Source: Bispira polyomma (lineage: Eukaryota). From it: a DNA stretch of 64,000 bases. The stretch lies in the NCBI GenBank assembly GCA_965649765.1, contig OZ287753.1, positions 15,810,001-15,874,000 of the forward strand, read 5' to 3'. Position 1 is the first letter of the stretch. The number at the start of each line of letters is the position of its first letter. Both the position numbers and the translations under genes were made by a program. This document shows, piece by piece, positions 50,610 through 64,000 of the stretch. The notes under the pieces are model-generated. The model did not search any database. It was not told the origin of the DNA and saw only the letters and a list, made by a program, of their open reading frames with translations.

Positions 50610-51362
50610 AACAGATCCTTAAAAAAACATGCGTCCAAATGGCTTACAGAATCATACAAGACTGCTAAAACAAGTGAGGCGGTACCCATATACCTGCACT
50701 GCAAACATGGTGGCAAATGCCTTGGCCAGCAGTCGGCTTGATTACTGTAACTCTCTTTTTAAAGGACTTGCTGGGACTGACCTGCGCACATTGCAGTGTG
50801 TCCAACACAGTTGGGCTTAGATAGTAATGAGGCAGTCCATGTTGACTCACATTACTCCTGTTTTAAAAACCCTCCACTGATTGACTATTAAGTATAAAGC
50901 AATATTCAAAACTGCTATTATAGTCTATACATATCTTAATTTAGGATTCCGTCGGTATATTAGTCCTTACTTGTCTCCCTATACATGTCAATGCAATAGT
51001 AAGCGTAGTATGCCTAAAACTCTTCTTAAGTGTCTGTACCATCTTTGTATGATCAGTGCACAAGTCATTTGTAAAAAAGGCATTTTTACAATAGTTTCTC
51101 ATATGATGCTTCTAAGCAGTGGAATGGTCTGCCTCATGATATTCGCACTGCCTCCTCACTTGCCTGTTTTAGGAAAAAGCTTGAAATCTAACTATTTAGC
51201 AAGGCTTTTCCATCTTAGCTTCTTTACCTATTTCCAGTGTCTCCATGGTCACGACCCCCGCATGTCCAATGTCTATATGAATTTTTCCAAATAAGTTTCT
51301 GTCTCATGTGCCTTAGAATCTGCTAGCACAGATAAGAGCTATAAAATATAGAATTAATATTG
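50610..51362 (+). mobile_element. L2-clade LINE 3' portion with 3' UTR
   Basis: ANALASSRLDYCNSLFKGL, HITPVLKTLH, WNGLPHDIRTAS..ACFRKKL; tail TGTGCCTTAG...AGCTATAAAA. Confidence 0.85.
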
Positions 51363-51814
51363 ATATGGTAGGAGTCCCCTGTAGCCAGGTGGCGCCGCCT
51401 TAGAGCCAGATAATAACCAGCTTTTATGGACTTCCTGTTTGCTGTGTCCTGTTTCTTGATACAGAGTTGCATTAGCTCATCCAACATTGTAGGCTCAACC
51501 ATCATGAAATTTCTTAACCCTGACTGATCATCGACGGCTAATTCCCCATAACTGATAGTAAGATTTTTAAGGCCTCCCTTAAATCAGGTTTTGCCAAGCC
51601 TCATTTGATTCTACTTACCAAAGGGTTTTCCCTTAAACTATAAGAGGGAGATATCACTTTTATCCAATGAAAATACTTGTTTCATTTGTAAACAAAAACA
51701 AATTATAAGCTTTTGAATGTTATCAAAATTAAATTAAATCTCCGGGGAATTTTTGGATAACATAATATATGATACTTTGAAGTAGTAAAAATAAAGCACT
51801 GTCACCTTACCTTA

Positions 51815-52074
51815 CAGTAGCCACAAACATATCCAACTGAAAATTCTATGTGCTACAGTGCTTTTCACCTAGGTAGTTTATACATGATTTTAAAATATGG
51901 CAACCTTAAGTTGACTACCAACTTAAGGTTGCCTAAAGGGAAGTTAAGGGTAGACCCAAATTTTATTTTGGGATAGCTACTAAAAGTTAAGGTTACGCTG
52001 CAATTTAAGGTAACCCTAAGTTAAGTTAAAATAGTTCAAGGTTAGTCTAAAGTGACCTTTTGGTCAGGCTACTG
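51815..52074. mobile_element. Small TIR element nested in a decayed Harbinger-like MITE (~51570-52522)
   Basis: TA|CAGTAGCC ... GGCTACTG|TA, with an internal GGCAACCTTAAGTTG/CAACTTAAGGTTGCC palindrome. The outer element ends GGTAAACCGGCCC. Confidence 0.5.
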
Positions 52075-52769
52075 TAAATTAATTTACCTTATGTTTTTAA
52101 GCTAACCTAATATTAGTTTGAATTGAAAGATGGTATATAAATTTGATGGTAATATTGAAATGATTACCGAAGGTGGCTCTAGATATTTATTCTTTAACAT
52201 TATAGAGAATTTATTATATGTAAAGCTTTATGTATTAAAACCCCCAAAAGGAAGTATTAAATATAACTGCATGTCTCCTACAAAAATTATTCATAAATAA
52301 AAACCTGATTTTCACTGAATTACAGTTACTTTAATTCCATAAGGCTATTTTCTTGAATCAAAGGTAGCTCCTCAGTTTCCTTAGATTTCAAGTGCATTCC
52401 CTTAAAATCTAAGGAGCTCCTTTATTAAAGGAGGTTTGGTGAAACTGACCTTTAAAAAAGAAGGGGAAAACCTTAAATTTCAGGTGCGCCTTGATAAAAG
52501 GAAGTTTGGTAAACCGGCCCTAGGTAAAAAGTAAATATCATTTTATAGCTGTTAAAATTTATTCTGTTAAGATTTATCCATAAATGTTAAAAATAAGGTG
52601 TTATATTATAATTGTAAAGTGTAAAATGTAAAGTGTTATTTTATAATTGTTTACTAGATTTGTGTGAACCACTAAATTTATGGTATATTTAAAACTAACT
52701 ATATAAAAAAAATTTTTTTTAAAAATATTGTCCATCAAAAGATCCTTTTGTGTCTTGTTCTGAAAATCT

Positions 52770-53157
52770 GGAGCCTGGTATGACACAACAAAACTCAGCT
52801 GGATCCAGATAATTTCTGATAACCCTACCAAGCATGGACTGTCAAGACAATTGAACGATTGTAATGGGACTGTAGAATTACTTGATGTACTGTGGATCAT
52901 ACTATGTACTGGCTACGGCACCCTTCACCATGTGAACCGTGAAAGGGAGTTGCGCCCCTTGCCGCTGGATGCTACGGGGTGGGTTAATACTCAATCTGGT
53001 TGCTTGCTGATCAACCAGCTGTTAACCCCTCTACCCTTACGACCTTGCTATGCCCATGGACTTTACGATTGGATCACTGATTCTGCTGTTGCGCTTTAGA
53101 AGATGCCTGGCATCAATAAAGCGCATTAAAAATGCATTATTATTATTATTATTATTA
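52770..53157 (+). mobile_element. Retroposon (SINE-like or LINE 3' UTR) with an L2-type tail
   Basis: Ends GTTGCGCTTTAGAAGATGCCTGGCATCAATAAAGCGCATTAAAAATGC(ATT)n. The 5' boundary is uncertain. Confidence 0.5.
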
Positions 53158-54659
53158 CTGGTATGCCACATCCATGTACATTTGAACGGTAGTTTACACC
53201 TCCAGTGTTTCTCAGCTGTTCACCCTATCTGGAGTTTAATGTGGCTTGTGTGTGCCTCGCAGTTTCTCCAGTCATGACGTTTTTCAAGGGGTGCAGGACA
53301 ATCTAAAAACCACTGCATTATGGCAGCTTCCTGACATACCATTACTACATGAAGGAGGAACTAGTGGGATTTGGACACTGTCCTCATATGTGTGAACTAG
53401 GGTAAAGCATGTGCGTCTAACCACTATACTGACAAGCACAAATAGTAACAGGTGGGCTAGCTACCTATTTACACAACTGGATGGACACACAGGCAGATCC
53501 TCTCCCAATCTCCAGACAGGAAAAATTTTATCATGAGACTTCCCGGTGAAAAGGGACTTCCCTTGACTTTTAATCTATTGTTCTGCCACCTGTTTACAAC
53601 ACAAGAATACACTTTTCAGTTTTAGGAGAGCAATAATTATTACCTTAAACTAGCTCACAACTTTGATGAGATAATTTGAAACTATTGTTGACTGCTTATT
53701 TATCTCAGGATCTGCCATACAGCATATTTACAGCATATTTGTGTACATGTATTTGTGTATATATACATATTTGAGTTTCTTTGTTAAAATCTTTATTCAA
53801 CTGGTGATACATCTAGGTTATTCCTGTTAGTAACAACATCTGTAGTCATACAAACCCTTTTAGGTAGAACTCTGTTGAGTTAATTTATTTATCATGCAGA
53901 GTAAAATTTGTTGTTTTTGTCTGAGAGATTGCTAGTGCACAGGAGGCACAGGCATATGGCTATAACTTGAGGGGCTATCAACGTAAACACAAAAATCTTC
54001 ATTTGTACTCTGTATAACGACTATGATGACCTTAAGTGTATACTTTAGCAAGGTTTTCAACTATTTTTATATGTTCAGACAAATGAAAAGGTTAACACTT
54101 TGCTATGACACTGTAGAAACACCCAGAAAGCAATTCTTGTATTGTTGTATAAAAGTCTATGATGGAATGTCATATTTGTAAACAAATATTAGAGAGACAA
54201 CTTTCAATCCTGACACAGTACATGTATTGATTCAGCATATATCAACACATCATGTACACTACCCTACTTTAAAAAAAATATATATATTATTGTGAGAGAT
54301 ATACTTTTTCGAATATCTTTCCTTATTTTATAAAAACGAAAATCAAACTAAATATTCATAAAAAAGAAGATAAAACAGATGTTAGATGATCGCTCTTCTA
54401 TATTCCTAATTCAAGACTAAAACAAAAAACCTTGAAAACATTCAGCTGGATTAACGATGTCTTAGCAAAAATTTTAATTGGAAGAAAACTTTACTAGTTA
54501 TAAATTTTAATTTAATGCACTCAAAATAATTTTTAGTATTGATCATTTAATAAAGGATTAATAAAAATTAAATTTTCACTAGAAATATATTTCACTATCT
54601 AAAATAGTACCGGTACAAACACAATATTTAAACGTAAATGTGTGTAGGTTTATAGTATG

Positions 54660-54960
54660 ATATCACCTCTAGTGAGGTCTCAGCCGACTTAACAGTTTAC
54701 ACCCCCAGTTTGGGTTATTCCACTTGTCAACCAATTGTTTAGTCTGAGCTCCCAAGCCATGCTGCCACATAATGCGCACAAAGACTAACACCCATTAGCC
54801 GCCAGATACCCATTAATACACCTGGGAAGAGAGGGACAACCTTGTGTAAAGTACCTTGTCCAAGGGTACAATCACTAAGACTGCAGCGAGGATCGAACCG
54901 GGACTCTTAGATCACTCAGATCCAATGTCCGACACTCTACCCACTAGGTCCTAGAGACCG
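54660..54960 (-). mobile_element. tRNA-derived SINE with a Meta/CORE-like central domain
   Basis: Minus strand: GACCTAGTGG (A box-like), GGTTCGATCC (B box), then GTACCCTTGGACAAGGTACTTTAC...CCCAGGTGTATTAATGGGTATC. Confidence 0.75.
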
Positions 54961-56687
54961 TCACAGAGACCATCTAGTGTAATTTTATGGTTGGATTTCA
55001 TCTCTGCATCCAAACAATGTCTAAACACATGAAATGGCAAAGATAGGGAGGGAAATTTAGAAAATACGATAGTCCATGTAAATACATAGTACTAGTTCAA
55101 AATGTCTTAGTTATCACACCTATACATTAAGCCATTAAGAGAGAAAATATATTCCATACGTACAATCATAATCACTTAAAACATGCTTGCTCCCTTCATT
55201 TCGTCCTTATACATACACACCCACATTCTTCCTCATGACCTTGGCTATTATTTTCTTGGACTTTTTGATGGTTGTTGCTCTATATTTTAATTCTTAATTC
55301 ACCTCCATAATAAGAATTAGCACTATCTTGACTCTTAAGTCAAAGAATAATAAAACAAATTGCATATCTACTAAAAAAAAAGATTCTTTGCATCTGCATG
55401 TCATTAGGATATTTGCACAACTTTTAGGTAATGACAGGGAGGCAGGGTGTATACAAAGCAACAATTATTTTCCAATTTTGTTTCATCCACAGTCAATTCG
55501 ATAATGCCTGATTTGCCGTTAAAAGACATCTGTAGGCACAGAACCAATTGGCTGAGCTGAAACCTTCTGTGGTCACCAGTAGAAAACAGACCCAAGCTAT
55601 GACTGATGTTAGCTTCCCCATCTCTTAAAGTTGTGCTTGCAAGATATGGCAACAGCCTGTAATGAATATGCTGCAGGCATCTGTTCCTCTCGAACACTTA
55701 CAGATAGGTCTACCATGAATACAAAACAATACCCACTGTTTAGTTCATTCATGAAACTTAATTTTTCATGAATGCCTTCCACACCAAATCCATTGTTTAT
55801 GATCTAATGAAACAAACAAATTAAATCGTGCTTTTGTCCAATTGTTCCACTTCTTTCCATATTTTGATACTTATCAAGCTCGTTCGCTTCCGTGCCTTTG
55901 TCCACAATTCGGTTACCCAAACTCGAGAGGGGTGTAAACCCATATGTGAAATCAGTCTGAGAATGCCAATGTTTGTATGTGGGATTTTGTGCCGCCTTTA
56001 AAAAAACAAATGTCTTTTGTTTCTTTTCTGTTTTAACTCCCAGGAGTATTTATCAAAGGAGGTAGAAGCCAAACAATCTGTGACATTATTGTTCACTATG
56101 TTTTCCTATCTAGTGTTCCCCCTTTGTGTTTCCTCTGTCACTACCCAAGGTGTGAACCCGAACGCCCCCCTTTTCATTTTTTCCCTGTGTTGTTTCTGTC
56201 AACACTGAAAACCTCTTGTACAGAGCAGGGTGTGAATTATGCTTGAGTATTTGAATGGAGCTGTTTTCCACACCTGTTGTGTGTACACTACCATTGTAGA
56301 AACAATAGGTGTACACAGGGTTTTCTTAAGGGCCGAGCTGGCATAAAAGGTGTCAACATTTTTAACTTGTATTTGACTTTTGTCATGAAATAATTTTTGT
56401 CGCCCAATGTTTTCCCTCTTTTTTGACACCTTGTTGTACTTTTCCCTTCCATTGCCAGCCCTGTACCTTTTCACAGTATATACAAACACTACTTTTAACA
56501 CTACTTTTCCATTTTACTACATCACTATAACTAACACCAGGCCTTGAACCCTTGTTATATTTACAAGTTTTATATATCACCGACTTGTCTAGCAAGTGAA
56601 AACCTTGAAAGTTCGAATTATATACAGTTTTTGACTAAATTTCATCAACTACATTATTTCTATCTACTGCTCGAAGGCAGTGGCTCT

Positions 56688-57687
56688 TCAGTTTTTTTAC
56701 CCCTTTCTTTGACAAGAACTAGTCCTGTGACAGGTATCACAGCTGTGTTTATAAAACTGACCCCCAGTATTATGGCCGTGCTGATGTTTACACATGCCTT
56801 CCTGTAAAAACTGACAAGATATGGCCCCATAACCTTTTTTAAACGCTACTTTCTTACTGGTACTCTTACTCGAGTTTTGACTGCCGAAAGCGTTTTTGTT
56901 TTGAGATGATCCGACATCTCTTTAGGCATGAGCCCTCCAAATTCTGTCAACTTTATCTACTTCTAACCAAGATAATTTGTCCATTTCCATGTTACTCAGT
57001 ACCACCGTGTGGCAAGCCTTCTTGGCTTCCCATGAAAAATCCTGGGCATCTTCCAGCAAGCCCCCCATATAATCAAGAATTGCATTTTTTACTTCTACCG
57101 ACTTTTCCTTATGGGCTATACGTGTGAATCTGCACCCTTGTTGCACCAATGTCAAATCGTCATGAGAGGGATGAGCTTTAGAACTGTCAGTAAGGATATA
57201 GTTCTAAGGCCATTCTACTGCCTTTTTTATCAGTACATCATTAGCCCCTGTACGTTGATATTTAAGTTTACCTGGCTGAATCTTGTTTAACGTCTTAAGA
57301 TCTTTCAGTCTCTGATCAACCTGAGCCCCAACCTGTGTATTTTGCTTCAAATATTCAACACTAGGTACAATACTGTCAGTACCCTGTCTACTACCTTGGT
57401 CTTTACTTTCGTTTACAGGAATTACTGAAATTGAATTACTGCCCTGTTTAGATGTGAGGTTCGCTGCCAATGCAGCCTCCGTAGACCTGCAATAATGACT
57501 GTAACTGTTGTAACATAGCTGAAGATACACCAGAGGTCTCACTTGATGAAGTTGTCAGTGGATTTTCCCCATGTGGCTCAGCATTGGCTGCCTCTGCACC
57601 AACAGTCTCCTTTGTACAATTTCTGCCAAAAGGCCGTTCGTGGTTTCCCAAATATTTTGGACAGAATACCGACTTAATACCTGGCAT
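56688..57687 (-). mobile_element. DIRS-like gag ORF relic (disrupted)
   Basis: N-terminus MPGIKSVFCPKYLGNHERPFGRNC; core LDYMGGLLEDAQDFSWE.KKACHTVVLSNMEMDKLSW...VDRIWRAHA; C-terminal CQFLQEGMCKHQHGHNTGGQFYKHSCDTC finger; TGA at 56688-56690. Confidence 0.75.
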
Positions 57688-58039
57688 GACTCCCGAGGAC
57701 TTTAAAATATATAAAATAAAATGACTTATAAAAGCAAGTAAAACACAATAAAAGAAGCTCGAGCCACGCAGGTATTTTGACTACTTCACTACTTCACTCC
57801 TGTAAACAAAACGGTAAAAGGCAGGAACTTTTGAAAGGGGGTTGACTTTTATACTCAGCCAGCCATCCCATAATAATCATCAGACTGGTACCCTAGAAAT
57901 TACCTCGCTATCACTTTGATGCTACCTTGCATCCTCGACATCATGATAAGACATTTACCTAAACCTTGAACCCTTAAGACAGTAGTTGAATGTGAAAAAT
58001 TTAGGAAAAGTATAACAATTCATCAATTTTTGCTTCTAC

Positions 58040-58265
58040 TCGTCTTTCCTTCAGTGGGGATGAGACTTTCTGTTTCCCTGTAAAACCGACCAAGAAGGCT
58101 GGATCTAGAGCTTTCCATGTTGCTGTCTTTAATTACCCCCTGTATACCCCCACATTCTTCCTTATGGCCTTGACTATGTTCTTTTTGGACTTCTCAAATG
58201 TTGCGCTTTAGAAGATGCCATGCATCAATGAGGTGCTTCAAAAATACAATAGAATACAATTGACG
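58040..58265 (+). mobile_element. L2-type 3' end fragment
   Basis: PTKKAGSRAFHVA followed by a TTGCGCTTTAGAAGATGCC tail. Confidence 0.55.
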
Positions 58266-59803
58266 ATTTATTTGACAGGTGTTAAAAAATTCGATAAAAA
58301 GGGTTATGAATTGCTATAAACTTGAATAAACCACTTTGAGCAAGAAGGCCTTGTAATGTGCACACTTGAAATCTGAAAAATTAATCCAAGATGTTACAAA
58401 AATTTATAATGACACAATACTATAAATACTGATGTTGAAGCTGAACACCCCAATTTTACATATAACTTTGCATGACATATCCTGATTTTCAGGTGGAAGG
58501 AATGAGGGTATAAAAAAATTCCAATGCTGTTTTCTCCACAGTCAATTCGATAGTGCCTGATTTGCTAATATAAGACACCCACCTGTAAGGTACAGAACCA
58601 GTTAGCTCAAATTCACAGCATGGCTGAGCAGTACTAATAAAAACCTCCCGTGGTCACCAGGGGAAACCCTAAACAATAATACTGACCTCCACTTACATTG
58701 GCATGCAAATAGGACATTTACACAAAATGAGTTTTTTCTTTCATTTTCTAACATGTGAGCATTAAATGGTTTTGATAATAATACTTATATTTATATAGCG
58801 CCAAAATTCAGACAAATTTCTCTACCAAGGAACTTTACAAATGGCAACAAGTCACTTACAACAGATTACACTCTTACAACTTATTTGTCATGGAATACAA
58901 TAGCAATTATCAGTCTGACATCATTAGACACCATATTATCCTTGTTTGTTTTGTTATTTATATTTAACACAAAGTCATTGTTGTGATGTTTCAGTAGCAC
59001 ATGTTTTTTCACCAGGCACAGTCTCATATTGTTTTCACTCTGCGAAAGGGCATGGCCATGTTGGAAAGAGCCGACATGGTGGCAATAATATGTAAGGTCT
59101 TCATGGATTGCTCGTAAGCAATCAACCTGGCCAATCTGAGGGGGTGTCAGAATAATATTTCCCACATTGTGTGTCTGTGTCTTTTAAAAAAGACAACCTT
59201 CGTTAACGGCAGTATAGAACATTTTGTGGGAGAGAAGCCGTTTGTTCACATTCTACATTATTTCCAATGCGACTTTTACTAACACGTTTGCATAAACTGG
59301 TCAGTATTGGATCAAATCAGTTCATACATCAAAACAATTGTATATGTAACCAGTAACAGTTTATTAAATTAATGACGCCTAAGTGACACCTTGCTTAAAA
59401 AAGTCTGATAGCTCAACAGCAATAATTGAATTGATATAGTCATATGTTTTTGTTTTAAATGTGCTGTAACTTATATAAGCTATATGTTGTAATATGTCAG
59501 TTTGTTTTGTGTTATGAAATTGTAATTTATACAAGTCACTATATTAAAATAATTAATAGTTAGTGGTGTGCAGTATTTTTTTAATATAAACATCATTTGC
59601 CTGTTGACAATTGATAAAGTTGTGTACAAATGCTGTAAACATAATAGTTACAAACAAATATAATTATTTTTGCTACAAAGACAATTGCAAATAAGTGAAT
59701 TGTAATGGTATACATATAACCAAAACAAGATTCTACATTAAATAATTGCCAGTAAATCTGTGAGTTTCAGTATATATATACTTATGTTACTCAAATGAAA
59801 ATG

Positions 59804-60209
59804 AAAATATTGGTTGAGGTACCGAAGCATTTCTTCCCTTTGAGCAGCAAAGCATGGACATATCAAGAAATAATGAGTTGTATCTTATCTGTCAGCTTGC
59901 TCATAAGGACAACAACAATATCAAGACACCTTAGAGTTCCATTATTGCATACATATTCCTCTTCAGAGTTGGTGACCCCAATTACTGGCCCCAACTACTG
60001 ACGTCAAAATATTGGTTGAGGTACCGAAGCATTTCTTCCCTTTGAGCAGCAAAGCATGGACATATCAAGAAATAATGAGTTGTATCTTATCTGTCAGCTT
60101 GCTAATAAGGACAACAACAATATCAGGACACCTTAGAGTTCCATTACTGCATACATATTCCTCTTCAGAGTCGGTGACCCCAATTACTGGCCCCAACTAC
60201 TGACGTCAA
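59804..60209. repeat. 202-bp near-perfect tandem duplication within a decayed CR1-group LINE C-terminus (minus strand)
   Basis: Copies start at 59804 and 60006 with only a few substitutions. The minus strand reads DTTHYFLICPCFAAQREEML, a zinc-knuckle remnant. Confidence 0.85.
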
Positions 60210-61923
60210 TACCTGTGGCTTTAATGTCAAAAACGACTATCATGATCCCCGCTTGTGAGGTGTTACTGGCAGGAGATTGAGAATTATCTTTCCTTATTAT
60301 AATGTCAATAAAAATCTATCCAGCACAGTGGCATTGATATTGCCATGGAGGTGGGGTATTGTTTTGGCCACAAATTTTTGGGCAAAAAAGTTTATGAGAC
60401 AGAAATTACATACACAAAAGTATATTATATTTAATATTCTTGATACCATAAAAATCAATAAGCACATTGTAAAAACGCAATCAATTCTTATAGATGTGTA
60501 CATACACATGTACATATGATTAAGGGGATAAGTCTACTTTACTGGTTCAACATTTAAACAAGATTTTGGGTACAGCAAATGTGTAAGAAAATAAATTTTT
60601 TAAAATAAAACTTTTTGTAGTGTGATGGCATAAGGTAAATTAAATATAAATCCTGTCGTTAATTTTGGACTAAACGTACGGCGAAGGACAGAGCTATTAC
60701 CTTGTAAGAAAACCTTGACAAATCTCACACGGCAGTTTACTATGTTCTATACGATGGGACATTTACGTAAATATTATAAAGTAATGATATATTAATGCAA
60801 ATAAGTACTTATAGGTTGGTTAGTCTAAAGTTATAATATTCTTTATGGCAATTGGATTAATTAATATACCACTACAAACTAAATGGAAAGATGATACTTT
60901 TTGTGTTATAGGTGCTGTGTCCGATTTTTTAAGTTTTGCCAACGGTAACCGCTCTTTCATCAGTGGTTACAAAAGCCAGGGAATGGCAGCCATGTAAACC
61001 TCTGTCTAGCCCCTCTAATGGATTTTATAATTCAAAAGAAAAGAAAAATCTTTAAAATCATTAAAACTTTTTAATGACCTAGCTGTCGACCTGTCAACAC
61101 GCCTATTGGTATATATTACATATAAATATTCGACGGAACCACTTTAATTGGTACTACTTTTTGGAATGGCGGCACAGTAGGGCAATTCTAGAATTTAGCT
61201 GTAGTAGATTCTACCACATGAACTTGAACTGGGTGAATTGTTTTCTCAAATTGTCCAGAATTTAAAATTGAAAATATATTTGTAAAAATCAATGGGCTAC
61301 GGAGTATATATAGAGACTGTTCCTATTGTTCTAACAGACATACCACCCTAACATTATCCCACTGATTTATTCTCAAGTCACGTCATTATTGATACACCTA
61401 TAGTAGTTTATGCAAAAAGCCCCCCCCCCCCCCCCTCTCTCTGTCCAATTATAACCACCCGGCTCTATTTTAAGGAGATATCGTCAGATCAATCATTTAT
61501 ATGGCATACAAATAATTAGGCAGGTTTACTGCACTATAATATTATGACACATTCTTACATCTCTCCATCAGGCAGTGTAGAAAATGGTAAAACAGTGAGA
61601 TTATTTTACATTGTAATGCAGATTTGACTACATTGGGGTGTGAGGCTAAATCAATGTATGCTACAGACTGATGTTTATTTAACACACTAACATGTTATGT
61701 AGTTGATCAGCGTCAGCTCAAAATAAAATATAGATATTTATTTGAAAAAAAAGGATCTTCTTATTGATATATTTTTAGTTATCTATCATTTAAGGTGATA
61801 TTCAAAGGTCACCTTCCTATGGCCATTTCTCCATCATTAGGTTAGCGTTAGGTTGGTCATTGGTTGGTCAACACTGGGTTTGACATCTGGGAACTTGTCT
61901 GCTACCAACTATTGTGAAGACTG

Positions 61924-62210
61924 CAGGGGTCGTATTCACGAACATTCTCATACTTAGAAAAAGAATTATTCTTAAGCTTAGAAAATTTTCTTTAATTCTT
62001 AGAATAAGAATTTTATTAGCTTAGAATTGTGAATAGAAATTTTGGCAAACATGTTTTTTGATAACCATGCGACCACTGTTGACAATACTCTCTTCTCCAA
62101 ATATGGAGAGCAAGATTTCCGCAAATACCAAAAATTCCTGGGTTTTCTAAGAATAATTCTAAGTGTAAGAATATTTCTAAGAATAAGAATGCTAGTGAAT
62201 ACGGCCCCTG
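61924..62210. mobile_element. PIF/Harbinger-like MITE
   Basis: CAGGGGTCGTATTCAC and GTGAATACGGCCCCTG (15/16 inverted match, CWG flanks); multiple CTTAGAA/TTCTAAG subterminal repeats. Confidence 0.8.
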
Positions 62211-62849
62211 ATTAGTTCCTATATTTTTCAGTGTATTGTACTGACACATGCACAGTTCTTTTATATATCAATACATTACTACATAAATAGGATTGCCCAG
62301 CCCACATGGGCTTATATAAGTCACTTTAATGTATAACATATTTTTGTGGTATGGCGGATACTATTTAGATTTGCAGTATTTTGCAGCTACTAATTATTAC
62401 ATAAATTTAGTTTTTACAATTGTTTTACATTATATCATATATCATAACAAGTTAATTTTAGATAAATTTCACATTTTCACTATTTTGCTGTATCATTACC
62501 AAATTTAACTTTTTATTTTTATACAACTGTATTACCATTACAATATATACCATAGTTACAATATATACCATAGTTAGTTACAGATCAATTTTGTTTACCA
62601 TTTACAAAATATGTATGTTCCTATGATTCCTCAAGGTAGTTTGCTTAAACCTTGTCAATAAGTGTTTTACAATAGTTTTAAAACTTTTCAGTATCAGGGA
62701 TAGTAAAACATTAAGGAACAATTCTAGCATTATTTTGAGTTACTCTTGGTTTGTTGTAAGCAGGACTGTTACAAAGAACATGTATTTCACCTATACCATA
62801 GTTAAGAATCCAGCTGTTCCGTGGCCAGTTTAATTACCACAATATGTTA

Positions 62850-63050
62850 ATCTAATTTAACTTTTATAGCGCTTGTCTCTGTTGTAGCAGAGACAGAAAA
62901 TCATTTTGACACCAGAAAAGGGTAAAGAGGCTATGGTGAAAAAGCCTTTCTGAATAGGTAGGTTTTGAACTATTTCCTAAAACATTCAAGTAAGGAGGCA
63001 GTGCGTATATCATGAAGCAGATCATTCCACAACTTAGGAGCATGAAGGGA
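62850..63050 (-). mobile_element. L2-clade LINE 3' end
   Basis: HAPKLWNDLLHDIRTASLLECFRK*FKTYLFRKAFSP* followed by an AAGCGCTATAAAA tail. Confidence 0.75.
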
Positions 63051-64000
63051 AACCTGAATTAAGATGATTATACACTAAAGTAGCAGTTGTGAATATTGCT
63101 CTATACTTAATAGGCAGCCAGTGGAAGATTTTTAAGGCGTTAGTAACGTAAACACACAAATGCATAGCCCAATAATTATACCTCAGTTACGAAAATGTTT
63201 GAGGGATACCTGCGGTATTTTGGGTTTGTGTCCCTCACCACATTTATGTTAATATATAATGGTTTTTTAAGTCACTTGTGTGATGTAATCAAATTTTAAA
63301 AATGTTGTATGCTTGGTTTAATATATACATTTTTGTCAGTTGAATAAACTGGCCATTTCAATCCACATCTTGTGTTTTTATCTTTGTTTATAAATATTCC
63401 TGAATTTGGGCTGATATAAATAATGATTATATCAAATATATAATCACATTTATATCGCCAAAGAAAGGCTAACTTTGTATGTGAGGCTTAGTCCTTCACT
63501 GATATTTACCAGATGTAGTTGAACTGTTGAAAAAACCTGTGTGTGTAGCCAGTTGAAGCTTTGCTCTTCACTGATACAGATATATATAATTATATTGTTC
63601 TTCCCTTTTATGAATTAATACTAGTGGAAAAAGTAACCCACCTCCACCCCAGTCTCCACTCTCAAATCTGTATACTATAAATGGTACTTTTCTGTATTAC
63701 CATTTCTGTATGTTTGTTTTGTACATTATACTTTTTAATATTGGTGGGTTTGTGTCCCTCACCACATTTATGTCAAAAATTAAAACTCAAGCAGTGTAAC
63801 AGTAGCCCTCAAATATATAAAATATAAAGGTGAATATGAAATGGATGAATAAAATAAACTGCTAAAGTTGCAGACATAGAAGAATACAACTAAATTAAAA
63901 TTTACATTGTCTAGTTATGGACAATTAAAATGAAACACAAACAGTGTAACAGTAGTTGTATTAGATGTTAAGGTGAATATGAAATGTATGAATAAAATAA

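Noticed and set aside
51811-51836. Candidate micro-exon (GYVCGYCK or MFVATV)
   Set aside because: It overlaps the TIR of the small element at 51815-52074, which explains the sequence.

Overview
This is AT-rich, repeat-dense metazoan genomic DNA. Its TE repertoire resembles that of molluscs and other marine invertebrates, but the taxon is an inference. Host gene: five minus-strand exons (8930-9076, 5103-5228, 2898-3014, 2240-2362, 1528-1641) are all phase 1-1 with GT/AG ends. They splice into one open frame of 6-Cys furin-like/VSP-like repeats; the start and end of the gene were not found. The rest is mostly mobile DNA: L2, Proto2/RTE-X-like and L1/Tx1 LINEs, Gypsy and DIRS relics, tRNA-SINEs, several MITEs, and three satellites (52, ~187 and 44 bp). 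The main highlight is a young, 5'-truncated L1/Tx1-type LINE at 30062-35734. The surviving end of its ORF1 encodes a NADAR-like (YbiA / ADP-ribosyl-guanine hydrolase) domain. A 16-bp TSD (30046-30061 and 35735-35750) shows that it also carried a ~1.2-kb 3' transduction, which includes an apparent terminal exon from another locus. All family assignments come from motif recognition; no database search was run.
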